Assembly: GCA_002269645.1 (NCBI GenBank)
Contig: NIVC01002433.1
Span: 62,001-126,000 of the forward strand
Direction of reading: 5' to 3'
Source: Macrostomum lignano
Taxonomy: Eukaryota
DNA length: 64,000 nt
The first letter of the stretch is position 1, and each line of letters starts with the position of its first letter. This document shows positions 43,216 to 56,300 of this stretch, piece by piece. Made by a program: the position numbers and the translations under genes. Under the pieces are notes generated by a model. It was not told the origin of the DNA and searched no databases. It saw only the letters and a list, made by a program, of their open reading frames with translations.

Positions 43216-43819
43216 GGATACAAGCACGCTGTGAAGATACAGTGCATACATACAGACGCAGGGGAAAAAATTAGGAGATACACATGAGCAATTAAGGCAG
43301 ACAGACAGCTTAGCTACATAACACATCGATAGAAGACTGAAGATCAAAAAAGAGAAACAGAGATAAGATTATAAGATCGAACGGGGGGGTTAATTGAATT
43401 GGCACACACGCATGGATGTCTGAATTGAGGTATCTGGACTGACACATTTCGCCCTTAACAATCTTAATAGAGCTTGATGAATCGAGCTAAGAGGCGGGGA
43501 GCTTTCAGATTTCTGCTTTAAGACTTCTTAATATGCCCAGTGTCTGTAGCTGACAGCTCCAGCTATGAAAAATATAAACCCGGTGAAAATGATACTTATA
43601 TTATGGATGACGCAACACTGATTGACAATGAGGTTTAAAAATCGAAGCTATTTATATTAAAATGCAGTTCATATAAGCAAAATAGCTTTTTTCTTACACA
43701 CTGAAGTCATTTTATTTATTAAAAGTAAAATATATGTATATTTAAAATAGGAGGAATAACAAACGGTTGAATTGATTTTAAAGCACTGCAAAGTACTGAA
43801 TCCTTTGGTGCAATTGTGA

Positions 43820-44365
43820 GGGTGATTTTTCTTTCAATTTAGGGCGATTTTTTTACAATCTTAAGGGCGATTTTTCTAGCACTCCTGAGGGCGATCTTTC
43901 TAGCCATCTCAGGGCGATTTTTCGTTTCTAGCAATCTTAAGGGCGATTTTTCTAGCGAACTTGAGGGCGATTTTTCTAGCGAACTTGAGGGCGATTTTTC
44001 GATTCTAGCAATCTTAAGGGCGATTTTTCTAGCGAACTTGATGGCGATTTTTCTAGCGAACTTGATGGCGATTTTTCTAGCGAACTTGATGGCGATTTTT
44101 CTAGCGATCTTGAGGTCGATTTTTCGTCTCTAAAAATCTTAAGGGCGATTTTTCTAGCAATATTGATGGCGATTTTTCTAGCAATCTTAAATGCGATTTT
44201 TCGTTTCTAGCAATCTCGAGGGCAATTTTTCGTCTCTAGGAATCTTAAGGGCGATTTTCTAGCAATCTTGAGGGCGATTTTTCTGGGGATCTTGAGGGCG
44301 ATTTTTCCTTTCCAGCAATCTTAAGGGTGATTTATCGTTTCTAGCAATCTTGAGGGCGATTTTTC
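43820..44365. repeat. ~24-bp minisatellite GGGCGATTTTTCTAGCGAACTTGA, just 3' of TRNT1
   Basis: About 20 diverged units. Confidence 0.9.
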
Positions 44366-44450
44366 TAGCGGTTTTAGGAAAATCGCTCATTGTAAGTGCT
44401 ACAATGCGTTATAACACCTCAAAACAAGCAGCAACTTTGTTAAACACAAG

Positions 44451-47290
44451 TCATTTATTTTTGCTTTTCTTCTTTGTTTTATCGCTTCTATCAATTGCGT
44501 CACAGGTAGAGTCGCCGGAAGAATCGTTGGACCGTTTAACAGTTGACTGACCCAGCTGTGTGAGCACGCGGACTCGGACTTCTTCTCTTAATAGCGTGGC
44601 CTCATCGGCAGTGTAGCGACTGTCGCGCCATTCTAATCGCAACAGATCAATGATCTGGCCGAGAATCGGGCCTTTGCCAGCGATTGACAATCTCCAATTG
44701 GATAAAATGCTGTGACCGTTCACTGGAAACTTTGGCGGCCACCACTGCGATATCGTTGGCAGTAGGGTAGCGGCTTGGCCTGTGTACAGCAGCAGCTGAA
44801 CTACTCTCTGCTTGGTGCGGGGGTCTTTGCCCGAGGTTAGAGCGGCCAGGTCCTGCGGGATTGGCGGTTGGGGAGCGATTCTTATGGATGGCTGAGGAGC
44901 GATTCTTATGGATGGCTGAGGGGCGATTCTTATTGATGGCTGAGGGGCGATTCTTATGGATGGCTGAGGGGTGATTCTTATTGATGGCTGAGGGGCGATT
45001 CTTATGGATGGCTGAGGAGCGATTCTTATTGATGGCTGAGGGGCGATTCTTATTGATGGCTGAGTGGCGATTCTTATTGAGGGCTGAGGGGCGATTCTTA
45101 TTGATGGCTGAGCGGCGATTCTTATGGATGGCTGAGGGGCGATTCTTACATTATTGATGGCTGAGGGGCGATTCTTATTGATGGCTGAGCGGCGATTCTT
45201 ATGGATGGCTGAGGGGCGATTCTTACATTATTGATGGCTGAGGGGCGATTCTTATTGATGGCTGAAGGGCGATTCTTATGGATGGCTGAGGGGCGATTCT
45301 TATGGATGGCTGAGGGGCGATTCTTACATTATTGATGGCTGAGGGGCGATTCTTATTGATGGCTGAGGGGCGATTCTTATGGATGGCTGAGGGGCGATTC
45401 TTATGGATGGCTGAGGGGCGATTCTTATTGATGGCTGAGGGGCGATTCTTATTGATGGCTGAGGGGCGATTCTTATTGATAGCTGGGGAGGGGCGATTTC
45501 AAACAGCACCTACCTGATAAAAATCCCTCTGCTCTTCAACCGAAGCAGAGTTGTCAACCAAAGCCAGTGCAGCCCCGCGATGCTCCAGCACAAACCTCAA
45601 CACGCCCAATTCTTCATTGGAAAACTTCAGTCTGGCATGAGCAGTCTCCAACTCGTCATTAGATCTGAGCAGTGCCGCCAGAAACACAGCCGGCACTGGT
45701 CGATACTCCGACATTGTCGGTGTCAGCGGCAGACGGTTTAAAACGACGCTGAGCTCTTGAACATTAGGCTCGGCTGGTAGGCCAATGAAGGTGCACACAC
45801 CGCAGCTTGCCATGGCTTCAATGAGATCGTCAGGTCGCCGACCTGCAAGGATCTGCTTCAGCTCCACCCAGATTCTCTCCCCGGCTATGCCGCCCAGTCC
45901 AGTCGCATTCTGAGCTACCGCCGCCAAAGTCTCCTTATCAGCGTCATCAGCGACACTGCTTGGCATCAAGCGTCGCTCGGCAATCCGTCCGTGAAATCGA
46001 AAGTAGCGCAATATTCGCAGGTAATCTTCTCGAATTCTGTCGCCGGCATCGCCGACAAAACGAACGCGTCGGGTTGCCAAGTCGTAGCGGCCGTTAAAGT
46101 AGTCGTAGAGCTGGCCTTCCAAGTCTAAAAACATCGCGTTGATGGTGAGATCGCGACGTGAAGCGTCCAGAGCCCAATCGCGAGTGAACTCAACGATGGC
46201 GTGGCGACCGTTGGTGACTCGGTCGATGCGTAGTGTGGTGACCTGGCGATTGTATGGTATTGGGGTGGAGGGGATGGCTTGGCTTGTTGACCGGAATCTA
46301 ACCCATCTCAACCTAGAATCTCGCCTATCTCAACCCAGAATCTCACCTATCTCAACCCAGAATCTCACCTATCTCAACATAGAATCTCACCTATCTCAAC
46401 ATAGAATCTCACCTATCTCAACCCGGAATTTCACCTATCTCAACCCAGAATCTCACCTATCTCAACCCAGAATCTCACCTATCTCAACCCAGAATCTCAC
46501 CTATCCCAACCCAGAATCTCACCATCTCAACCCAGAATCTCACCTATCTTAACCCAGAATCTCACCTATCTCAACCCAGAAACTCACCTATCCCAACCCA
46601 GAATCTCACCTATCTCAACCCAGAATCTTACATATTTCAACCTAGAATCTTACCTATTTCAACCCAGAAGCTCACTATCGCAAACTGGAATCTCACTTAG
46701 ATCAAACCGGAATCTCACTTATCTCAACTCGGAATCTTAATTATCCCAACCCGGAATCTCAATTATCTCAACCAGGAATCTCCAATTATCTCAAACTGGA
46801 ATCTCATAATATAACTAAACGTAGAATGTCACCTATCTCCTTAGTGAGAAACCGGGATCTCACTTATACCCCCCAGAACGAAATCTAACTTCAATCTCCA
46901 TAGAAACCTCACCTCGAAGTTCTCGGCATCTCCAATCCTAGCTGTGACAGTGCCATGGGCCAATCCGTTAGAATTAATCATTCGAACACCTTCAGCATTG
47001 AACATACTGACCATCTCTTCGGGTGTGGCGGTAGTGGCAAAGTCCAAATCATGCGGAGTCTTACTCATCAGTAAGTCTCGTACGGCGCCACCGGCTAGCC
47101 GGAGTTCGAATCCGTGCTTAGCAAATATGCTAGATAATTGTTGCAGATTTGGAGTGAACAGCGATTTGAATCGATCTCTCACATCAGTGTTTGATGAGGA
47201 TGTCGCTGAGGTGGCTTCGTCCAACTGCATGACTACTAGGCGAGGTATGATAGAGCGTTTGGCGAGACCGCTGAGGCAGCGATGCAGCAT
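44451..47290 (-). CDS. TRNT1: CCA-adding tRNA nucleotidyltransferase 1; 3 exons, ~502 aa
   Basis: Exons 47290-46913, 46242-45514, 44852-44451, all phase 0 with GT/AG. Motifs ELRLAGGAVRDLL, DLDFATTATP, HGTVTAR, EVTTLRID, DASRRDLTINAM, EDYLRILRYFRF, IAGERIWVELK, PKFPVNGH. Exon 3 start is not in the ORF track (track ORF begins at 44723). Confidence 0.95.
44872..45498. repeat. 24-bp minisatellite GGGCGATTCTTATTGATGGCTGAG filling TRNT1 intron 2
   Basis: About 25 units occupying ~625 of 661 nt. Confidence 0.96.
46295..46800. repeat. 22-bp minisatellite AATCTCACCTATCTCAACCCAG in TRNT1 intron 1
   Basis: About 22 units, degenerating rightwards. Confidence 0.93.
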
Positions 47291-47432
47291 GTGTGGCTTG
47301 CTGATGTGAGCTGTCAATCAACTGACATGAAGCGAAGCAAAATTTAAAGCATAAACTAAGACTTTATTCATATTTAACCCGTACTAACGATAGTAGCTTA
47401 TTGAGTTTAGTACTGTTTTCAAAAGCCTAAAA

Positions 47433-47818
47433 GGCCAAGCAACAGAGGATCTGGGAGGCTGGTGGCCTAGCAACTGGGGATCTGGGAGGCTGGCCCAGCA
47501 ACTGAGGATCTGGGAGGCTGGTGGCCTAGCAACTGAGGATCTGGGAGGCTGGTGGCCTAGCAACTGAGGATCTGGGAGGCTGGCCCAGCAATTGGGGATC
47601 TGGGAGGCTGGTGGCCTAGCAACTGAGTCTGGGAGGCTGGCCCAGCAACTGGGGATCAGGGAGGCTGGCCCAGCAACTGGGGATCTGGGAGGCTGGCCCA
47701 GCAACTGGGGATCTGGGAGGCTGGCCCAGCAACTGAGGATCTGGGAGGCTGGCCCAGCAACTGAGGATCTGGGAGGCTGGTGGCCTAGCAAATGAGTCTG
47801 GGAGGCTGGCCCAGCAAC
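47433..47818. repeat. Minisatellite family X, block 2, upstream of TRNT1
   Basis: Same unit and orientation as 40344-41742. Confidence 0.95.
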
Positions 47819-48255
47819 AAAATCTAAAGTGATAAGGTATAAAACACGAGTTAGAATGTCCAACAAATCTAAATCTTAATTCCCAACTGGAAGCAAGCAT
47901 TGCTAAAAATCGATTAGATTATCAATACAAAGCAGTTCCAATGATAGCCGTATTCAAGAGTGTAAGCAATTAAAAGATTTTTTTCAAAATATTTTACTTA
48001 TGATGCCTAACCAAAATGAATGCCAAGAACTAAAATCGATCAAATTGAAATTAACACCGCCCAAAATGTTGGGTTCATTCTTTTGTCACCAAATTGCTTT
48101 TAAACATGCCAGTTGAAGATGAGGAAGAAGAAGACGGTTACAGTGCAAATAAACGACCCTTAAAGATTGAAAACATGTTTATTTGCGGCTTTAAAATTAT
48201 AATTTGACTTTGTAACTAAACCTTGCAAGGTGATTTTCATTTCATTTTGACGCTT

Positions 48256-48912
48256 GGCCCATTAACTGTGGATCTGGGAGGCTGGCCCAGCAACTGACAC
48301 TTTGGGAGGCTGGCCCACCAACGAGGATCTGGGAGGCTGGCCCAGCAACTTAGGATCTGGGAGGCTGGCCCAGCAACTGAGGATCTGGGAGGCTGGCCTA
48401 GCAACGAGGATCTGGGAGGCTGGCCTAGCAACGAGGATCTGGGAGGCTGGCCCACCAACGAGGATCTGGGAGGCTGGCCCAGCAACTTAGGATCTGGGAG
48501 GCTGGCCCAGCAACTGAGAATCTGGGAGGCTGGCCTAGCAACGAGGATCTGGGAGGCTGGCCTAGCAACGAGGATCTGGGAGGCTGGCCCAGCAACGAGG
48601 ATCTGGGAGGCTGGCCCAGCAACTGAGGATCTGGGAGGCTGCCCCAGCAACTGAGGATCTAGGAGGCTGCCCCAGCAACTGAGAATCTGGGAGGCTGGCC
48701 TAGCAACGAGGATCTGGGAGGCTGGCCTAGCAACGAGGATCTGGGAGGCTGGCCCAGCAACTGAGGATCTGGGAGGCTGGCCCAGCAACTGAGGATCTGG
48801 GAGGCTGGCCTAGCAACGAGGATCTGGGAGGCTGGCCTAGCAACGAGGATCTGGGAGGCTGGCCTAGCAACGAGGATCTGGGAGGCTGGCCCAGCAACTG
48901 AGGATCTGGGAG
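48256..48912. repeat. Minisatellite family X, block 3, between TBK1 3' end and TRNT1
   Basis: Same unit and orientation; enriched in a 26-bp GGCCTAGCAACGAGGAT variant. Confidence 0.95.
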
Positions 48913-49637
48913 GTGATGGCCGAGTCTAATAGCGCACTAAGTGGCCAAAAAATTTCTATATACATATTTTTAACGGTACAGAATATATATTAGCCATACG
49001 AAATGAGAAGACATGTACACGATTTTAAACTTCACGACAGCTAAACTAAATCTTCAATTTATTTAAGCTTGTGTTTATGAGACAGAAAGTAAATTTGATC
49101 AAAAACATAAAAAGAATACCTACAGTAAACGAAAGAAATTCAATCTGAATAAATCGTTTTAACAAATGAATAAAAAACCAGGATTATACTTATAGACATA
49201 ATGAAAGTCAATTTAATTAGCAACTCGAAATTTTTGAGTATATACAAAATAAAAAACCTAAATCATTCCAGCATAATCTAGATTTGCAGGCTCTGTTAAA
49301 TATGTTTTCAATAGAGATGACCAAGCAATTTCTTAGAAAGTGTGTAGTGTCAATGGAGCTGGCGAAACTTGAATAAAAGGAATAGTTTCAAAGAGTTTTA
49401 AATGTAAATATATGCGTTTATCATTTCAAAGTTATAAATTTACAGTAGTAATACATGATGACGGTTTCTAATAGAAAAGAAAAAGTAAATGACTTATTAA
49501 CGTTAAAGATGGCTTTGAAACAGTTATACACAGTTTAACTTTCAGATGACCTATAGTAATCACTCGTCAGTCACATCCGATGTTAACCAACTTGTCTATG
49601 GCCCAACCTGGCATACCAGGTGATGCTTGTCCGCATT

Positions 49638-52600
49638 TTATGGCCTAGTGTTCTGTAGGCCCAGCTCGTCAAGTCTGGAATGTGTAATTAAATAACACCG
49701 TTTTGTTAACCATATTTTGAACTTGAAGCAAACCAAAGTTAACTTACTTTTTCAAAGGGGGTCAGCTTCCCAGAGGGGGTCAACTGTGACTTCTCGGAGG
49801 GGGTCAACTGTGACTTCTCAGAGGGGGTCAACTGTGACTTCTCAGAGGGGGGTCAACTGTGACTTCTCATAGGGGAGGAGGGGGGTCAATTGTGACTTCT
49901 CGGAGGGGGGTCAGCTGTGACTTCTCATCGGGGGGGTCAACTGTGACTTCTCAGAGGGGGTCAACTGTGACTTCTCAGAGGGGGGTCAACTGTGACTTCT
50001 CATAGGGGAGGAGGGGGGTCAATTGTGACTTCTCGGAGGGGGGTCAGCTGTGACTTCTCATCGGGGGGGCAACTGTGACTTCTCAGAGGGGTCAACTGTG
50101 ACTTCTCGGAGGGGTGTCAACTGTGACTTCTCAGAGGGGGGTCAACTGTGACTTCTCGGAGAGGGTCAACTGTGACTTCTCAGAGGGGGGTCAACTGTGA
50201 CTTCTCAGAGGGGGGTCAACTGTGACTTCTCAGAGGGGGGTCAACTGTGACTTCTCAGAGGGGGGTCAACTGTGACTTCTCAGAGGGGGGTCAACTGTGA
50301 CTTCTCAGAGGGGGGTCAACTGTGACTTCTCATAGGGGAGGAGGGGGGTCAATTGTGACTTCTCGGAGGGGGGTCAGCTGTGACTTCTCATCGGGGGGCA
50401 ACTGTGACTTCTCAGAGGGGTCAACTGTGACTTCTCGGAGGGGTGTCAACTGTGACTTCTCAGAGGGGGTCAACTGTGACTTCTCGGAGAGGGTCAACTG
50501 TGACTTCTCAGAGGGGGGTCAACTGTGACTTCTCAGAGGGGGTCAACTGTGACTTCTCAGAGGGGGGTCAACTGTGACTTCTCAGAGGGGGGTCAACTGT
50601 GACTTCTCAGAGGGGGGTCAACTGTGACTTCTCGGAGAGGGTCAACTGTGACTTCTCAGAGGGGTCAACTGTGACTTCTCAGAGGGGGTCAACTGTGACT
50701 TCTCAGAGGGGGTCAACAGTGACTTCTCAGAGGGGGTCAACTGTGACTTCTCAGAGGGGGGTCAACTGTGACGTCTCAGAGGGGGTCAACTGTGACTTCT
50801 CGGAGGGGGGTCAACTGTGACTTCTCAGAGGGGGTCAACTGTGACGTCTCAGAGGGGGTCAACTGTGACTTCTCGGTGGGGTTCAACGGTGACTTCTCAG
50901 AGGGGGTCAACTGTGACTTCTCAGAGGGGGGTCAACTGTGACGTCTCAGAGGGGGTCAACTGTGACTTCTCGAAGGGGGGTCAACTGTGACTTCTCAGAG
51001 GGGGTCAACTGTGACTTCTCAGAGGGGCCGGGTCAAATGTGACTTCTCGGAGGGGGTCAAATGTGACTTCTTGGAGGGGGTCAACTGTGACTTCGCAGAA
51101 CGGGTCAACTGTGACTTTTTGGATTAGTTACTTCCACTGTGACTTCTCAAACAGATGGGGGGTCAACTGTGACTTCTCGAAGGGGGTCAACTGTGACTTC
51201 TCAGAGGGGGTCAAATGTGACTTCTCAGGGGGGGTCAACTGTGACTTCTCGGTGGGGGTCAACTGTGACTTCTCAGAAGAGGTCAACCCGTGTAAAAGTT
51301 AACAAGACACCAAAATCCACAGTAAATAAACTTCCTCTAGCAACTTTTGAACACACCGAAAAAATATTTAGCAACAACCAACTTACTCCTTGAGCAGCTT
51401 GGTGTTTCGCTCCATTTCGCCTTGAACTAGGTCAGTAGACAAAATGAGGTCCCGGATTCTGGACAAACAGAGTAAAAAAGACATGAACTGATGAGGCTAA
51501 AGCAGAAATGTTAATAAAAATTCCAGAATACCGCACTTTATACGTGTTAGAATAAATTTTATTCAACAGACTTAGAATTGGCACTCACGACTTGCTCAGA
51601 GCGGTTAAGTCGCTCTCTTTGCTGGCTTTAGTCGCTTTGAAGTAGGCGGTTAGGGCTTCAAATATTCCGCGATACACCTGCGGGATGGTTGTTGTGTATT
51701 AATTAGATACAGTTGTTAATCTTCGAAGCGTTTCCAACATATATTCTGTTGTGTCGCTATACTACTACCACTACCCCTTAATTGACTTCTCCCACTCTAC
51801 CTCTTACTCTACTTCTCCCACTCTACCCCTTACTCTACTTCTCCCACTCTACCCCTTACTCTACTTCTCCCACTCTACCCCTTACACTACTTCTTCCACT
51901 CTACCCCTTACTCTACTTCTCCCACTTTACCCCTTACTCTACTTCAGCTCCCACTCTACCCCTCACTCTACTTCTCCCACTCTACCCCTTACTCTACTTC
52001 TCCCACTTTACCCCTTACTCTACTTCTCCCACTCTACCCTTACTCTACTTCTCCCACTCTACCCCTTACTCTACTTCTTCCACTCTCTTACTCTACTTCT
52101 TACACTCTCTTACTCTACTTCTTCCACTCTCTTACTCTACTTCTCTCACTTTAGCCCTTACTCTACTTCTCCCACTCTCTTACTCTACTTCTCTCACTTT
52201 AGCCCTTACTCTACTTCTCCCACTCTACCCCTTACTCTACTTCTTCCACTCCACTCCACCCCTTACTCTACTTCTTCCACTCCACCCCTTACTCTACTTC
52301 TTCCACTCCACCCCTTACCCGTCACATCAGTTTCCCAGGCACTCACATTATCGTGCAGCATGTCCAAATCGGCCTCCAAATCCTGCGCGGCCAAAGCCGT
52401 CTCCAAGCGTTCCAGCTTCTTGACCTCCGCTTGCACGTCCTGCATCCATTCGGACAGGCCGGCTTGCACGTTGCCAAGCGTTTCTATGCAGCAACGCAGT
52501 ACGACGTTCTGGCAGTCGTCAAGGCAGCTGTTCAGCAGGTGCTGGTCCGACTTGAAACAGTGCCGCATCAGGTCTGTTAGCAGCTGCGAATCTTTCTTCC

Positions 52601-52813
52601 TGCAATTGGAATGGATTTGTTGCAAATGATCTGTATGTTTTTATGTTACGCACAAACTACTCTACCGATGTAAGTAGAAAAGAAGGGATACTAAAAGTCT
52701 GTTTGTCTGTCTGTCTGTCTTAGTGTCTGTGTTAGTGTTAGTGTCTGTCTTAGTGTCTGTGTTAGTGTCTGCCTGCCTGTCTGTCTGTCTGTCTGTCTGC
52801 CTGTCTGCCTGCC

Positions 52814-52908
<95 letters not shown>

Positions 52909-53031
52909 GTGTCTGTCTGTCTGTGTCCGTCTGTCTGTCTGTCTGTCTTAGTGTCTGTGTTAGTGTCTGCCTGTCTGTCTGTCTGCCTATCTGTCTGTCT
53001 GTCTGCCTGTCTGTCTGTCTGTCTGCCTGCC

Positions 53032-53068
<37 letters not shown>

Positions 53069-53157
53069 GCCTGTCTGTCTGTCTGCCTGTCTGCCTGTCT
53101 GTCTGCCTGTCTGTCTGCCTGTCTGCCTGTCTGCCTGTCTGTCTGTGTGTCTGCCTA

Positions 53158-53230
<73 letters not shown>

Positions 53231-53287
53231 GTGTCTGCCTATCTGTCTGTCTGTCTGTCTGTCTGTCTGCCTGTCTGCCTGTCTGCC

Positions 53288-53363
<76 letters not shown>

Positions 53364-56300
53364 AACACAGACCAGCTCTGAGCGCCGGCAGTGCTCACAT
53401 AAACTTGTTAATCATCTGGCCGTAGCGCTCGTAGACCTGCTCAACCCGATGAAAGTCGGCACTGAGACACTCGGCCCCCTGCTTGGGCGCCAACAGTCTG
53501 GCAAAGATGCCGTTGAAATTGCTGGCCAGCTGCAGCGACGGCACCAAAGACGATTGCTCGTTGGACATGCCGGCAAGAGCGGAGCCGCTATTAGAAGCAG
53601 CATCGGGTTTCAGATTTGACTGCTGGGACACCACAGTTTCCAATTTGCGCTGCCATTGACTGATTTTCTCCGACAGCTCCTGCAAATTATTGCGAGGTTT
53701 AAAAATGAGGAATCGAACTCTTTGGAAAGCCGATAGGTGCTCCGAAAATTTATGGGATAGAAAATAGAGACGGATTTAATATTTAAAATATGGGATAGAT
53801 GATTAAAGGAATGTGATTAACTCGATCTAGGAATCGCTGAGGATTTGGAGAGAATTAGATCTGACTAGGAACTATTGATGATTAGGGATGAGTCAGGGAT
53901 AATTGAAGATTAAGGATGGGATAAGGGATAATTGAGGATTAGAGATGGGTTAGGGATAATTGAAGATTAGGGATGGGATAAGGGATAATTGAGGATTAGA
54001 GATGGGTTAGGGATAATTGAATATTAGGGAATGGGATGAGGGAGCAGTGAGGATTAGGGAATGGGATGAGGGATCATTGAGGATTAGGGAATGGGATGAG
54101 GGAGCAGTGAGGATTAGGGAATGGGATGAGGGAGCAGTGAGGATTAGGGAATGGGATCAAATGTGCATGTGAATCAGGGGATTAGGGAATTTGATTAATC
54201 CAGAGATTTGGTTAGAAGATTTGAGAATATTAATAGTATGGTAAGAGTTTTAAGCTGAATTAAGGGATTAGAGAAATAACTAAATAATAATCCAGCAGTA
54301 AAGAACTCTCACCTGACAGCCAGTCTGAGTTCGAACCAGCTGGGCCAGCTCCATCAGTCTGCCAACCTTCTGCTCAGAGCTGCTCACAACCGCCAGCTTC
54401 GCTCGCACTCTTTGATAGGCCTCTCGTCCGCGGCGATCCATGAGGCACAGGGCGGCGTCCTTGGCTTCCAGGGTGAGCGCGTGATTTACGTGGCAGACCG
54501 AGGCCAGCTGACGGCAAACCAGAGCGTGGCGATGGGCCTCGTCAACGAAATCCTTGATCTCCTTCGGCTGGTTGGGATCCGGTACGCGGGGACGGGATTT
54601 CACGTGGCCTGTTGGGAAGAGGGAATATTATTACTATCAAATGCGAATAAGCAGTAAGGCCTCTACTGAAAGAGATGGGATCTCTACTAAAAGAGATGGG
54701 ATCTCTACTGGAAGAGATGGGATCTTCACTGAAAGAGATGGGATCTTTACTGAAAGAGATAGGATCTCTACTGACAGAGATGGAATCTTCACTGAAAGAG
54801 ATGGGATCTCTACTGAAATAGATGGGAGCTCTACTGAAAGAGATGAGATCTCTACTGAAAAAGATGGGATCTCTACTGAAAGAGATGGGATCTCTACTGA
54901 AAGATATAGGATCTCTCTACTGGAAGAGATTGGATCTTCACTGAAAGAGATGGGATCTCTCTACTGAAAGAGATGGGATCTCTACTGAAAGAGATGGGAT
55001 CTCTACTGAAAGAGATAGGATCTCTCTACTGAAAAAGATGGGATCTTCACTGAAAGAGATGTGATCTCCACTGAAAGGGATGGGATCTCTACTGCAATAT
55101 CTGTTTCCATCCAGACATTAAATAACTTACCAACATCGAACTTGCCAATGTCCAGCGTACAGCTAAACTGCTGCTTGGACAGCACAATAACGGGACTCGT
55201 CAGCGTAGATCCGGTTGGAAATGCCGACACCTCCTGAGATCGATAGAACACGACAATCTCCTCCTTGGGGAAGCTGGTGACTGAGGCCAGGCTTGTCAGA
55301 AGGGAGTCCAGGCTTCTGCGCATTTGTATTAGTTTTTTTATTATCGGGTAATTAAAATTTAAATCTGGTTTAGATAGATACACTCGGATGGGAAGCTATA
55401 AGATAGATAAGATAGATTAGGCTGAGATAGAAGTATACAGATTAGGGCTGAGATAGAAGTAGACAGATCAAAGCTGAGATAGAAGTATACAGATTAGGGC
55501 TGAGATAGAAGTAGACAGATTAAGGCTGAGATAGAAGTAGACAGATTAGGGCTGAGATAGAAGTAGACAGATTAAGGCTGAGATAGAAGTAGACAGATTA
55601 AGGCTGAGATAGAAGACTCACTCCAACTCACTGCTTCTGCGAGAAGACCAAATCGGGCATAATCATATTGCCAGCAACGAAATAATAAGTACAATGCTGA
55701 CATTTGTACCAATTAACGGTCTCGAAGAACTTTGGAAATGTCCACTGCTCGTTGAAATTAGACACTAGTATGCCTTGCAGCAGTTCAACTAGAAGTTTCT
55801 GTAGCGTCACCGACAGCGGACAGGTTGGCGGCAGGCTGTTGTGATAATTAATTGGACCATTCAAAGTGTCCTGAGTAGCCCAGATCGCATGCGGCGGTTT
55901 CTTCACCATCATGTCAATCATCTGGGCGTGGTTGCTTCGAACGCCTTCGAAGGGAGCGAATGGCAGGCGGCCGGTAGCGGCCATGAACAAACTGACGCCT
56001 AGGGACCAGAGATCGCACTCCGGCTTGTGACCGCCTCTGGCGCCGCCGCCCATGCCAGCGTGCATTCGCTGGTGCACCTCCAGATAGATGCTGGGATGCA
56101 GGAACTCGTAGGTGCCAACTAGGCTTTGAAAATCTGCACCGTCTTCGAGTTCGCGGCTGGAGCCGAAGTCGGCCAGCTTGAATACGGGCTGACGGCGGTT
56201 GTCGTAGCTGATCATGATGTTGCCTTGGTGACCATTGGGGTGCCGGGTTGGCTTGGATATTGCTCATCGCGATATAGGCTCAGCTTAGATTAGGTTCAAA

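Noticed and set aside
51383-51388. TBK1 stop at GAG TAA in exon 10
   Set aside because: Overlaps a perfect GA|GTAAGT donor, and a phase-matched terminal exon exists at 49674-49638; treated as spliced, though a short isoform is possible.
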